From the NCBI GenBank assembly GCA_019653755.1, contig BPCL01000004.1, positions 5,524 to 69,523 of the forward strand: 64,000 bases of DNA, read 5' to 3'. Below the pieces are notes generated by a model. That model was given only the letters and a program-made list of their open reading frames with translations. It ran no database searches and was not told the DNA's origin. Positions within the stretch are counted from its first letter, which is position 1. Each line of letters starts with the position of its first letter. This DNA comes from Woeseia sp. (lineage in GTDB: Bacteria > Pseudomonadota > Gammaproteobacteria > Steroidobacterales > UBA11654). Below are positions 48,733 to 58,415 of the stretch, piece by piece. Position numbers and translations under genes: made by a program.

Positions 48733-50850
48733 TCAAAACTCGTATCTGACAATTAGGCCCATGTGTCTAGGATCTCCCTGACGCTCAAACAAGGTGGCGG
48801 GGAAATCAGGAGGAACATTCCCAAAATAGAATCCACGGAGTGAAAAATATTCATCAAAAATATTCCTGACCCAAAATTCGTATTTCCATTGATCTCGTTG
48901 ATAACCGAGAACTATATTTCCGAGCGTGTATGCGGATGATTTATTATTATGAGAATCAGAGTAATAAAAGCTACTCTTGCCGTTAATACCCATACTTAAA
49001 TAGATGTCATCAGTGACAAACCATTTCATGCCCGCTGCATAAGAGGTTCTGGGTGCATGAGCTTGGTCTCTGCCTTCCAAGGTAATGTTAGACCCGTGCT
49101 CAGTAACTTTTGTTCTTAACAGGCCAACGGATGCGTACATACTCAGTTGATCGCTCGGATTTGATTTTACAGTCATCTCAAGACCATAATTCTTTCCGCT
49201 GGCAGCGTTCTGTGTCAAAAAAGTAAAGGTGTTGGGATCGCCAGGATCTACTTGGGTTGAAGCCATAACCTGTTGATCTTTTCGGTCAGAGTAAAAAATG
49301 ACCATATCGATCCCAGTGTTTGACTCTGAGAATTGATGATTGACTCCAATCTCATAATTCCATAAGTATTCCGGCTCATAAACAAGGGTGTCATTGAATG
49401 ACTCAATCGATAAACCCGTGCCTAAATTGAACCCTCCTGATTTAAAACCCCTGCCAATACTTGCATAAATATTAGTGCTCTGATCCCATTGATTGATTAG
49501 AGATACCTTGCCGCCAAACATCTGATCACTCGGTGAGAAAGACTCACCAAATGTGTCTGAATAATCGGCCTCCCAGTCCTCCCATCGCAAGCCAAAACTC
49601 AGTCTCATGGATGGGGAGAGCGAATAGTCAAAACTCCCAAAAATAGCTTTATTCTCTGACGCATAATCTCTGGTCGCAGACACATCCTTAAAATAGGGAG
49701 GCCAGGGACTAAATGGGTCGATATAAGTGCCGAGATCTCTAATATCATTGCGCTCATTCAGTTTTAGATAATAAGCTCCAATCACCCAGGCAAAATCATC
49801 GTCTAATGTCTTATCTAGAGGCTCAGATAAGACTCTGAATTCCTGATTAAAAGATCGCCTTGAACGCTGTGTTTCAGAAAAGAAATCATAAGTATAAGGA
49901 CTGTTGGAGTCAGGATTACCCCAATCAGCATCGTAACTGACTGTAACATCGGAATTAGTGGCACTGGTTAAGCTTTGAACAATAGCATTTGTGGCTTGAT
50001 GATTGATCTTTAAGCCATAAGCTCTGGTGTCTTGAGAATCTAATCCTGGCTTATCAGATAGTGTGTTCAAACTGCCATCGATGTTCCAAGTATCCGATGA
50101 GGCATCAAAATCAGAGTTGAGTAAAAGAAAACTCAAATCTGTTATTTCACTTAATTGCCAATTTAGCTTTAAACGTCCTGTAAGTTCTTCTTTGCCTGTG
50201 GTGTCATCACGATTAAGGTATAGATTTTTTCTAAAGCCGTCGGTCTCATCTTGTCGCAATGACACTCTGTATTTAATGGCTGTGTTACCCTCAAAAGGAC
50301 CGCCAAAAGCTAAGCCAATATTTCGTATACCATCGCTTCCCAGGGTTAATTCAGATAATCCTTCGAAGGAGTCAGACGGTTCTTTAGATCGCATGTAGAT
50401 CATGCCAGCTAGAGCATTCGCACCCATTCTAGAGCCCTGAGGTCCGCGATGTACCTCGACTTGTTCCATGTCAAAACTACTAGCAACCCCACCTTGACCG
50501 GAGAAATCAATATCATCAATTATGAATCCCACAGAGCTATTCGGTGTGCCTTCATACCCTGATCGTTCTCCAATGCCTCTTATTTGAAAGTATCGTGGCC
50601 TGCCATCACTAACTGCCATATTAAGATTAGGCACAAGAAACGTCAGTTCTTCAAAATGTTTCATTGGTTGATCTTGTAATTGTTTTTCCTCAAGCAGCAA
50701 CAGACTACCGTCATTTTCTTCAAGTAGAGTTTCCCGGTAGTTGGCTTTAACTATAATTTCCTCAATACTGTCTGCAATTACAGGGGCTGCAAAGAGTGAT
50801 GCTGTATAAATTAATAGGACTGAAAAGAGTCGAAATGATAGATTGGTCAT
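48733..50850 (-). CDS. TonB-dependent outer-membrane receptor
   Basis: Signal peptide, TonB box IEEIIVKA, plug domain (HRGPQGSRMGANALAGMIYM), a 22-strand-type barrel, and C-terminal ..LIVRYEF. Confidence 0.92.
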   Translation of the reverse strand: MTNLSFRLFSVLLIYTASLFAAPVIADSIEEIIVKANYRETLLEENDGSLLLLEEKQLQDQPMKHFEELTFLVPNLNMAVSDGRPRYFQIRGIGERSGYEGTPNSSVGFIIDDIDFSGQGGVASSFDMEQVEVHRGPQGSRMGANALAGMIYMRSKEPSDSFEGLSELTLGSDGIRNIGLAFGGPFEGNTAIKYRVSLRQDETDGFRKNLYLNRDDTTGKEELTGRLKLNWQLSEITDLSFLLLNSDFDASSDTWNIDGSLNTLSDKPGLDSQDTRAYGLKINHQATNAIVQSLTSATNSDVTVSYDADWGNPDSNSPYTYDFFSETQRSRRSFNQEFRVLSEPLDKTLDDDFAWVIGAYYLKLNERNDIRDLGTYIDPFSPWPPYFKDVSATRDYASENKAIFGSFDYSLSPSMRLSFGLRWEDWEADYSDTFGESFSPSDQMFGGKVSLINQWDQSTNIYASIGRGFKSGGFNLGTGLSIESFNDTLVYEPEYLWNYEIGVNHQFSESNTGIDMVIFYSDRKDQQVMASTQVDPGDPNTFTFLTQNAASGKNYGLEMTVKSNPSDQLSMYASVGLLRTKVTEHGSNITLEGRDQAHAPRTSYAAGMKWFVTDDIYLSMGINGKSSFYYSDSHNNKSSAYTLGNIVLGYQRDQWKYEFWVRNIFDEYFSLRGFYFGNVPPDFPATLFERQGDPRHMGLIVRYEF

Positions 50851-50932
50851 GGTATTCCTCCGCCATAATTATATGGATCAGGTTCTAAGGGTTTCCTTAA
50901 GAATCTCAGGCGTTTCAGCCACCCCTTACCTT
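50851..50932 (-). promoter_or_regulatory. TPP (thiamine pyrophosphate, THI-box) riboswitch
   Basis: The reverse complement reads GGUAAGGGGUGGCUGAAACGCCUGAGAUUCUUAAGGAAACCCUUAGAACCUGAUCCAUAUAAUUAUGGCGGAGGAAUACC, followed by AUG. All conserved THI-element blocks are present in the correct order. Confidence 0.9.
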
Positions 50933-51001
50933 GCTGTCATCATAGTATAATTGCCTAAGTTTTGCTAATGTTGTGATTTATTTTAGAAACTCTAATAACA
51001 G

Positions 51002-51637
51002 ATGAATATTAACTACAAAGCTTTCCCGGTTGGCCCATTGCAATGCAACTGTACTGTCGTTGGTAATACCGAAACAGGAAAAGGTTACATCATTGATCCG
51101 GGTGGCGATCCAGAGATGATTATGCAAACGGTGAATGAGATGAATTTATCCATTGAAGCTATTTATCACACCCACGCTCATTTTGATCATTTCTTAGCTT
51201 CAGCTGAAATCAAAGAGAAAACTGGTGCACCTATTTTCCTTAATGAAGCTGATCGATTTCTTTGGGACAGCTTAGAAATGCAGTGCAACTATTTTAATAT
51301 TGATTTCAAGCCAACCCCTCCACCAGATTTCAATATTGAAGACCAACAGGATCTAGAACACTGTTCAGGAGTTTGTCTTCTTACCCCTGGTCATACTCCA
51401 GGATCTGTCAGTTTCCATTTCGACTCAGCAAAACTTCTGGTTGCTGGGGATACACTATTTCAAGGCTCTGTGGGTAGAACTGATCTACCAGGTGGTGATT
51501 TCAAAATGCTGAAGGATTCGATACAAAATAAAATTTATTCCTTGGATGAAGCGACTAATGTAATCACTGGGCACGGTCCAGAAACCACCATTAGAAGAGA
51601 AATGGAAAGCAACCTGTTTATCAGGCACGACAGTTAA
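51002..51637 (+). CDS. MBL-fold metallo-hydrolase (YcbL/glyoxalase II-like)
   Basis: HTHAHFDH metal motif, TPGHTPGS, and GDTLF.GSVGRTD. Confidence 0.85.
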   Translation: MNINYKAFPVGPLQCNCTVVGNTETGKGYIIDPGGDPEMIMQTVNEMNLSIEAIYHTHAHFDHFLASAEIKEKTGAPIFLNEADRFLWDSLEMQCNYFNIDFKPTPPPDFNIEDQQDLEHCSGVCLLTPGHTPGSVSFHFDSAKLLVAGDTLFQGSVGRTDLPGGDFKMLKDSIQNKIYSLDEATNVITGHGPETTIRREMESNLFIRHDS

Positions 51638-51645
51638 CTAGTAGC

Positions 51646-51867
51646 TCAATTCTCTTTGGATTTCATAAAATACGATTGAATAAGAAAAGATAAACCCATA
51701 CCAATCATCAATGTTAATACCGATAACTTTCCACGATGCGGGGTTTCACTGGTCCATGTTCCAGTCGATTCAAGCCAGAATAATATATAAATAGAGATCA
51801 ATAATGGGGCAAATGCAATCAGGATCTTAATCGCTGTAATCGCCTTTATTTTAAGGGTATCGAGCAT
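51646..51867 (-). CDS. Small membrane protein (two predicted TM helices), unknown function
   Basis: Only the hydrophobic profile supports it. No clear Shine-Dalgarno sequence. Confidence 0.4.
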   Translation of the reverse strand: MLDTLKIKAITAIKILIAFAPLLISIYILFWLESTGTWTSETPHRGKLSVLTLMIGMGLSFLIQSYFMKSKEN

Positions 51868-51912
51868 AAAAAAATACTACCATGAAATATAGGCATCGTA
51901 TACGATGGAAAT

Positions 51913-52710
51913 ATGGTGATTAAGCCTAAATCGTTGTTAAAAAATAAAGCTCTCAATAAATGGAACTTGTTCTGGCTGATCTCTGGTCCAATATCAATAT
52001 TCATGATTATCAACTTATTGGCAGTTGATACCTCAACTGGGGCTGGAATTTCAGAAATGATTCAGTTTTCAGTTCGTTGGGCAGTTCCCTTTGTCTATCT
52101 AGTGATAGCAACCTCCTCTGTTCAAATCCTTTTTCCGGGACCGTTCTCTAGATGGTTGATGCGAAATCGAAAATACATTGGATTATGCTTTGCTGTGGCC
52201 ATGGCTTGGCAGGCTTTGTTTATATTCATAATGTCCTATTTCTTTCATGAATATTACTATTCTGATGTTTACTACTTTCGTGATGAAATCGAAGGAAGCA
52301 TTGGCTATATCTTCCTTCCTGCCATGGTCTTAACATCGTTTAATTTTGGCAGTAAATTATTGACTCCTAAGCAATGGAAATTATTGCACACCAGCGGCAT
52401 TTATTTCTTGTGGGCCTATCCGTTCAGTGTCTATTGGTGGAACCTCTACTACTACGAGAACCCTGTTCTGATTGACTACGTGTTTTACTGGGTTGGTTTT
52501 GTAGCGTTTGCCTTGAGAATAGTTGCCTGGGGGAAACAGCGATATGAACTAAGCAAGAGAATTGACCCCAACTACAAAACACCCATTGAATCTAAGATGC
52601 TCGGTGGTTTATTTATAATATTTGGTCTGCTGGTCTCAGCATCTGGACTCTATTGGCAAGATCTCATTACCTCCTTATTCACCTGCTTCAGCATGGTCCG
52701 CCGAACTTGA
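51913..52710 (+). CDS. Multi-pass membrane protein, aromatic-rich, family not recognised
   Basis: Six or more hydrophobic segments. No motif I can name. Confidence 0.5.
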   Translation: MVIKPKSLLKNKALNKWNLFWLISGPISIFMIINLLAVDTSTGAGISEMIQFSVRWAVPFVYLVIATSSVQILFPGPFSRWLMRNRKYIGLCFAVAMAWQALFIFIMSYFFHEYYYSDVYYFRDEIEGSIGYIFLPAMVLTSFNFGSKLLTPKQWKLLHTSGIYFLWAYPFSVYWWNLYYYENPVLIDYVFYWVGFVAFALRIVAWGKQRYELSKRIDPNYKTPIESKMLGGLFIIFGLLVSASGLYWQDLITSLFTCFSMVRRT

Positions 52711-52851
52711 GCTTTGGCTGCCTTTTTGGCCTTTTGAGCCCTTTCTGTCGCTCTTAGTCATCGGGATTGGTGCCTTGCTCATTACAAGGGGACAAACCAC
52801 AGAAAGTCCAGTTCTAGCAAAAGGTTCCTAATCTAGGGCAGAGAAAAGATA

Positions 52852-53280
52852 TTAGAGCGGCTTTTTTGTTATCGGGATAAGTTTTACGGTTGATGTTGCA
52901 GATGCAACGATCGTTCCTTCTTGGGTTAATGTGCTAGACATGTAGGCGATACTTTTGCCTAGACGTAGAACTTTTGACTCAGCGTAAAGCATGCCCGGAT
53001 GGGCTGGCTCTAAAAAGCTTACGTTGATGTCTAGAGATACTGGATTGAATTTGAAATCCAGTAAACCAATTAATAAAAGTGCCATGGAAGCATCCATCAT
53101 TCCTGTGACAAAACCACCTTGGACAATTTGTGCTTCTGAATGGCAGAATTCCGGGACAGCTTCAAACTCAAGGATTGCGATCTCTTTTGATGAATCAAGC
53201 TTCACGCTCCTAAAGTTCATTGAATCAAGGCTAGGAGGTCTATTGGCGTCTAATAATCTCAGTTTTTCCTGTTCGTTCAT
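52852..53280 (-). CDS. Hot-dog fold thioesterase (PaaI/YbgC-like)
   Basis: About 140 aa with IVQGGFVTGMMDASMA, a PaaI-type motif. Confidence 0.7.
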   Translation of the reverse strand: MNEQEKLRLLDANRPPSLDSMNFRSVKLDSSKEIAILEFEAVPEFCHSEAQIVQGGFVTGMMDASMALLLIGLLDFKFNPVSLDINVSFLEPAHPGMLYAESKVLRLGKSIAYMSSTLTQEGTIVASATSTVKLIPITKKPL

Positions 53281-53309
53281 GATGCATCCCTTAATTTAAA
53301 TTCAATAAT

Positions 53310-54344
53310 TTACCCGCCGATGTAATACATTTCTACCTTCTCTTCATCTGCATCATTTTGCTTAAGGTATCTCAGTTCGCTATAGCGATTGTCTCTTTTT
53401 CGCCAAATAGAGACTAACCTGTCCTCAATCTCATAATCGTCCATGCCAGATCTGATCCAAGATTTTATATCGGCGCCAGTAGAAGCAAACAAACAGTTAT
53501 ATAATTTACCATCTGAGGATAATCGGGCCCTTGTGCAGCCACCACAAAATGGATTAGTCACAGAGGAAATAAAACCAATCTCAGTTCCTAAATCATCAAA
53601 GATATACCTTGAAGCCACTTCACCTTCATAATTTTCTTTCATTGGGCTTATCGGCCATTTATTTGAAATTAATTCAATTATCTCAGAACTTGGAACAGTT
53701 TCTTTTTGCTGCCATTGATTGATATTGCCAACGTCCATGTATTCTATAAACCGAAGGATGACTGGTTGATCTTTAAAGTAATCCACCATGTTAAGAATGT
53801 TCTTATTATTAACTCCTCTCTTGATCACAGCATTGATTTTAATTTTCTCAAAACCAGCAACTTGTGCTTCACTAATCCCATCAAGAACCCTTTTAATATC
53901 ACCTCTATTACCGGTCATCAGTCTAAACTCATCGGGATCTATAGAGTCTAAACTTATTGTTATTCTATTGAGTCCAGAGGCTTTTAGCTCATGAGCGTAT
54001 TTTTTTAATAAAACGCCATTTGTGGTTAGTGCAATATCATCAACTCTGTCAAGTGTCGATAAGTCACCAATAAAATCAGTGAGGTTCACTCTAAGAAGCG
54101 GTTCACCTCCTGTGATTCTTATTTTGCTAACACCAAGTTTGGTGAATATTTTTACTAAACGAAACATCTCATCAAAACTAAGCCGTTCTTTTGAAGGTAA
54201 GAATTTAAACCCTGGGTGAAACTTATCCTCTGGCATGCAATAGACGCATCTGAAATTGCATCGATCCATAACTGAGATTCTAAGATCTTTAATTGCTCTT
54301 CCCAATTGATCTCTAATGGGTGGTAAATGTGAAACTCTCTTCAT
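53310..54344 (-). CDS. moaA: GTP 3',8-cyclase MoaA (radical SAM)
   Basis: LRISVMDRCNFRCVYCMP, ITGGEPL, the C-terminal cluster CGGCTRARLSSDGKLYNCLF, and a terminal GG. Confidence 0.93.
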   Translation of the reverse strand: MKRVSHLPPIRDQLGRAIKDLRISVMDRCNFRCVYCMPEDKFHPGFKFLPSKERLSFDEMFRLVKIFTKLGVSKIRITGGEPLLRVNLTDFIGDLSTLDRVDDIALTTNGVLLKKYAHELKASGLNRITISLDSIDPDEFRLMTGNRGDIKRVLDGISEAQVAGFEKIKINAVIKRGVNNKNILNMVDYFKDQPVILRFIEYMDVGNINQWQQKETVPSSEIIELISNKWPISPMKENYEGEVASRYIFDDLGTEIGFISSVTNPFCGGCTRARLSSDGKLYNCLFASTGADIKSWIRSGMDDYEIEDRLVSIWRKRDNRYSELRYLKQNDADEEKVEMYYIGG

Positions 54345-54351
54345 TGTCTAG

Positions 54352-55473
54352 CTAGCCTTGATTAATCAATTCCATAGGTGAAATGTATTCATAGCCATGC
54401 TCTTCTGCAACAGCGGCTATAGTTAGATGTCCATTGCAAACACTTAATCCCTCACAAAAACCGGGATCGTCTCTAAGGGCATCTTTAAACCCATTATTGG
54501 CAAGCTTTAATATGTAGGGGAGCGTAACTTCGTTGAGTGCGTATGCAGATGTCAATGGAACTGCTCCAGGCATATTGGCAACACAATAATGGATAACATC
54601 TTCTTCTAGATAAGTAGGCTCGGAGTGAGTAGTTGGCCGACTGGTTTCACAGCACCCGCCTTGATCGATCGCCACATCGACAATAACTGAACCTGGCTTC
54701 ATGGATTTAATCATTTTTCTTGATATGATTTTTGGTGCTGAGGCGCCTGGAATAAGAACAGCTCCAATAACCAGATCGGCTGCCTCAATAAAAGCTCTGT
54801 TATTTTGATCGTTAGCTAGAACAGCATTTAATCGATCACCAAAAACTGATTCTAAATAATCTAGTCTTCTTGCTGATTTATCTAGAACAGTAACATTGGC
54901 CTGCATGCCTATAGCTATCTCTATGGCATTTATTCCAACCACACCTCCGCCAATAACCACAACTTTGGCAGGCTCCACGCCTGTTACCCCACCCATCAAA
55001 AGGCCCCTTCCACCTTTCGCTTTTTCAAGACAACTTGCACCGGCCTGCACCGCCATCCTGCCAGCCACTTCACTCATGGGAGTAAGCAGTGGGTAGGACC
55101 CATCGTTCGCTTTTACCGATTCATAGGCAATCGCTTTTGAGCCCGATGCAATAAGTGCCTTTATTTGTTCTGGGTCAGGTGCTAAATGCAAATAAGTAAA
55201 GAGTATTTGATCTTCTTTAAGTAAGGCGCATTCATCCAATTGAGGCTCCTTAACTTTAATTATCATCTCCGCACGATCAAATATCTCTTCTCTGGTTTCC
55301 GCAATAACTGCGCCCGAATTTATATATTCTTCATCGGTCTTACCAATGCCATGGCCCGCTTCTGTGAGAATCATGACCTCATGACCTGCTTCAGTTAATG
55401 CAAGGACGCTTTCTGGGGTTAAACCAATTCTGTATTCATCTGGCTTTATCTCCTTGGGCACACCTATTAGCAT
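54352..55473 (-). CDS. ald: Alanine dehydrogenase
   Basis: [24 protein letters not shown] motif [13 protein letters not shown], and DVAIDQGGC. Confidence 0.93.
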   Translation of the reverse strand: MLIGVPKEIKPDEYRIGLTPESVLALTEAGHEVMILTEAGHGIGKTDEEYINSGAVIAETREEIFDRAEMIIKVKEPQLDECALLKEDQILFTYLHLAPDPEQIKALIASGSKAIAYESVKANDGSYPLLTPMSEVAGRMAVQAGASCLEKAKGGRGLLMGGVTGVEPAKVVVIGGGVVGINAIEIAIGMQANVTVLDKSARRLDYLESVFGDRLNAVLANDQNNRAFIEAADLVIGAVLIPGASAPKIISRKMIKSMKPGSVIVDVAIDQGGCCETSRPTTHSEPTYLEEDVIHYCVANMPGAVPLTSAYALNEVTLPYILKLANNGFKDALRDDPGFCEGLSVCNGHLTIAAVAEEHGYEYISPMELINQG

Positions 55474-55482
55474 TAATTTCTC

Positions 55483-56985
55483 CTAATCAACCGTTGGCAT
55501 CGCCAAATTTATATCCTGATCTTCATCGATATCAGGCCAGCGAGTGGTCACTGTTTTAGTTCTTGTGTAAAAGCGAACACCGTCCATACCATAGATATTA
55601 GATGCTCCATAGATTGAATCTTTCCAACCTCCAAAAGAATAGAACGATAAAGGCACTGGAATCGCTACATTAATCCCAACCATGCCAACTTGCACAGAGT
55701 TCACAAACTCTCTAGCTGCAGAACCTTTGGAAGTAAATAAGGCAACTCCATTGCCAAATTGATGTTGATTGGCCAGTTCCATAGCTTCTGAAAAATCTTT
55801 GACTCTTAGCATCACCAGCACCGGCCCAAATATCTCATCAAGATAAATACTCATGTCACTTTTTACATGATCAAATAATGTTGGACCCAGAAAGAACCCT
55901 TTATCTTGGGAAGTGACCGGATGTTGTCTGCCATCAAGCAGAAGATCTGCGCCTGAATCTTGTCCCTGTTGGATATAATCCATGACTTTTGCTTTATGCT
56001 CAGCTGTTATTAATGGCCCCATGTCATTCTCAGAGTTTTGCCCTGGGCCAATCTTTAATTCTTTTGCCTTGTCTAACAATTTATCTTTTAGGGAATCTGC
56101 AACACTGTCAATAGCAACAACAACTGAAATGGCCATGCATCTCTCACCAGCGGACCCGTATGCAGCTCCAATAATAGAATTAGCCGTTTGCTCAATGTCC
56201 GCATCAGCTAAAACGATGGCATGATTTTTTGCACCACCCAGAGCTTGAACCCTTTTGCCATTGTCTGAAGCCTTGCTATGAACATATTGAGCAACCGGTG
56301 TTGACCCAACAAAACTAAATGTCTTGATCGAGGGATGCTCTAGGATTGCATCGACTATTTCTTTATCGCCATGCACCACATTCAAAACCCCATCTGGCAA
56401 TCCTGCTTGTTGCATCAACTCAGCCAATTTCATTGAACAAGATGGGTCCTTTTCAGATGGCTTGAGAATAAAGCTGTTGCCACAAACAATCGCGATTGGA
56501 AACATCCACATCGGCACCATTGCTGGAAAATTAAACGGGGTTACGCCAGAACAAATGCCAATGGGTTGGCGGATGGAATAACAATCAACACCTGTACCGA
56601 CCTGCTCACTATACTCTCCCTTCAAAAGGTGTGGGATACCGCAGGCAAAATCAACCACCTCTATACCTCTTTGAAGCGAGCCAGCTGCATCAATCAGCAC
56701 TTTGCCATGCTCAAGAGTAATCAATTCAGTTAGTTCTTCTCTATGGCTCTCAAGAAGTTCTTTGTATTTGAACATAACCTGCGCTCGTTTGGTTATTGAG
56801 GTTTTTGACCAAGAAGCATAAGCACCTTCAGCTGCAATAACCGCCTCCTCTAGGTCCTTCTTATTGCCCATCGGTAACTTTGAAATAACTTCTCCAGTAG
56901 CAGGATTGAAAACATCGCCGAAGCGATCAGAACTCGATGACTTAAAAGAGCCATTAATCCAGTGATCGATAATTTTCTGTTCCAT
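55483..56985 (-). CDS. mmsA: CoA-acylating methylmalonate/malonate-semialdehyde dehydrogenase
   Basis: ALDH fold with the catalytic Cys in GSAGERCMA and FVGST. About 500 aa. A typical MmsA C-terminus follows (SFYSFGGWK.S). Confidence 0.9.
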   Translation of the reverse strand: MEQKIIDHWINGSFKSSSSDRFGDVFNPATGEVISKLPMGNKKDLEEAVIAAEGAYASWSKTSITKRAQVMFKYKELLESHREELTELITLEHGKVLIDAAGSLQRGIEVVDFACGIPHLLKGEYSEQVGTGVDCYSIRQPIGICSGVTPFNFPAMVPMWMFPIAIVCGNSFILKPSEKDPSCSMKLAELMQQAGLPDGVLNVVHGDKEIVDAILEHPSIKTFSFVGSTPVAQYVHSKASDNGKRVQALGGAKNHAIVLADADIEQTANSIIGAAYGSAGERCMAISVVVAIDSVADSLKDKLLDKAKELKIGPGQNSENDMGPLITAEHKAKVMDYIQQGQDSGADLLLDGRQHPVTSQDKGFFLGPTLFDHVKSDMSIYLDEIFGPVLVMLRVKDFSEAMELANQHQFGNGVALFTSKGSAAREFVNSVQVGMVGINVAIPVPLSFYSFGGWKDSIYGASNIYGMDGVRFYTRTKTVTTRWPDIDEDQDINLAMPTVD

Positions 56986-56998
56986 AATTCGGGCTTAT

Positions 56999-58315
56999 TT
57001 AGTCAATGGCAGCTATTGATTCTTTAAGCGTCTGTACCGCGGTTTTTACCTGTTCCTCAGATGCTATTAATGGTGGGCATAAGGCTACCGTGTCTCCTGT
57101 TGTTCTGACCAGAACTCCTCTCGAGTAACATTCCCTAAAGACACTAAGAGCTCTTGCTGTGGGTTTGCCTTCGATCGGCTCTAATTCAATTGCACCTAAC
57201 ATGCCAAAATTTCTAATGTCAATGACGTATTGAGAGCCTTTAATAGTTTGTAATTCTGATTCCAGAATTGGTGCTAACTCGCTTGCTCGTTGAAACAGGC
57301 CCTCCTCTTGATAAACCTCCAATGCAGCAACTCCAGCAGCAGCTGCAAGCGGGTGACCTGAATAGGTATAACCGTGAAAAAATTCAATGCTGTCTTCAGG
57401 GCCTGTCATAAATGTATCGTAGATTTCCTGCTTAACCAAGACACCTCCCATTGGGACCATCCCACTGGTCATGCCTTTAGCGATGGTCATAATATCTGGT
57501 GAAACATTAAATGATTCAGCACCAAAACTCTTGCCGGTTCTGCCAAAGCCTGTAATCACCTCGTCGAGAATCAATAAGATACCGTGCTCATTACAAATCT
57601 CTCTTATGCGATCCAGATAACCGACTGGAGGAATTAAAACGCCTGCTGATCCAGCTATCGGCTCCATAATCACCGCAGCTACTGTTGAAGGATCATGTAA
57701 GGCTAAAATTTCTGACAATTCATCTGCAAGATGAGACCCCCATTTAGGTTGACCAATAGAATAAGCATTGTGTTCAAGATTATGGGTATGCTTGAGGTGA
57801 TCCACACCGGGCAACATTGACCCAAACATTTTTCGATTGGGCGACATTCCGCCAACTGAAATCCCTCCAAAGCCGACACCATGGTAACCCTTCTCCCTGC
57901 CAATTAATCGAGTTCGGTGACCTTCCCCTCTTGACCTATGGTAAGCCAAAGCAATTTTCAAAGCTGTATCAACAGCCTCGGAGCCAGAATTAGTGAAAAA
58001 AGCATGGGTTATCCCTTCAGGCGCGATACTGACCAATTTATTTGCCATTTCAAAAATTTTTGGATGGCCAAGTTGGAAAGCTGTCGCGTAGTCGAGTGTT
58101 TCTGCCTGTTTTTGAACCGCTTCAACAATTCTAGGGTGGCAATGACCGGCATTACAACACCATAGACCTGACACTGCATCTAATAACTGCTCATCTTCAT
58201 GAGTGGTATAGAACATACCGCTAGCTTTTTTAAACAATCGTGGGTTTTTTTTGAAATATCGATTGCCAGTAAATGGCATCCAATAGGCATCAAGATTAGG
58301 CAATTGATTTGACAT
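56999..58315 (-). CDS. Omega-amino acid (beta-alanine)--pyruvate aminotransferase
   Basis: LDAYWMPFTGNRYFKKNPRL and SGLWCCNAGH. Class III aminotransferase with DEVITGFGRTG and the PLP lysine in DIMTIAKG. Confidence 0.88.
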   Translation of the reverse strand: MSNQLPNLDAYWMPFTGNRYFKKNPRLFKKASGMFYTTHEDEQLLDAVSGLWCCNAGHCHPRIVEAVQKQAETLDYATAFQLGHPKIFEMANKLVSIAPEGITHAFFTNSGSEAVDTALKIALAYHRSRGEGHRTRLIGREKGYHGVGFGGISVGGMSPNRKMFGSMLPGVDHLKHTHNLEHNAYSIGQPKWGSHLADELSEILALHDPSTVAAVIMEPIAGSAGVLIPPVGYLDRIREICNEHGILLILDEVITGFGRTGKSFGAESFNVSPDIMTIAKGMTSGMVPMGGVLVKQEIYDTFMTGPEDSIEFFHGYTYSGHPLAAAAGVAALEVYQEEGLFQRASELAPILESELQTIKGSQYVIDIRNFGMLGAIELEPIEGKPTARALSVFRECYSRGVLVRTTGDTVALCPPLIASEEQVKTAVQTLKESIAAID

Positions 58316-58415
58316 AAACTAACTCCGTGAAAATATCGCTATATCATACACCATATTTTAGGTGTGTTTCAGCTTGTAATCTAGTGATCATTTGATTCAT
58401 CATATAGAGTTAGCA

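Noticed and set aside
52622-52831. 69-aa ORF overlapping the 3' end of the 51913-52710 membrane protein, considered as a sixth frameshift (the hydrophobic tail ..LELWLPFWPFEPFLSLLVIGIGALLITRG looks real)
   Set aside because: The required frame change is in the opposite direction (+1) to the five consistent cases, and no homopolymer or homology anchor fixes the junction. I left it as unresolved rather than calling a fusion.
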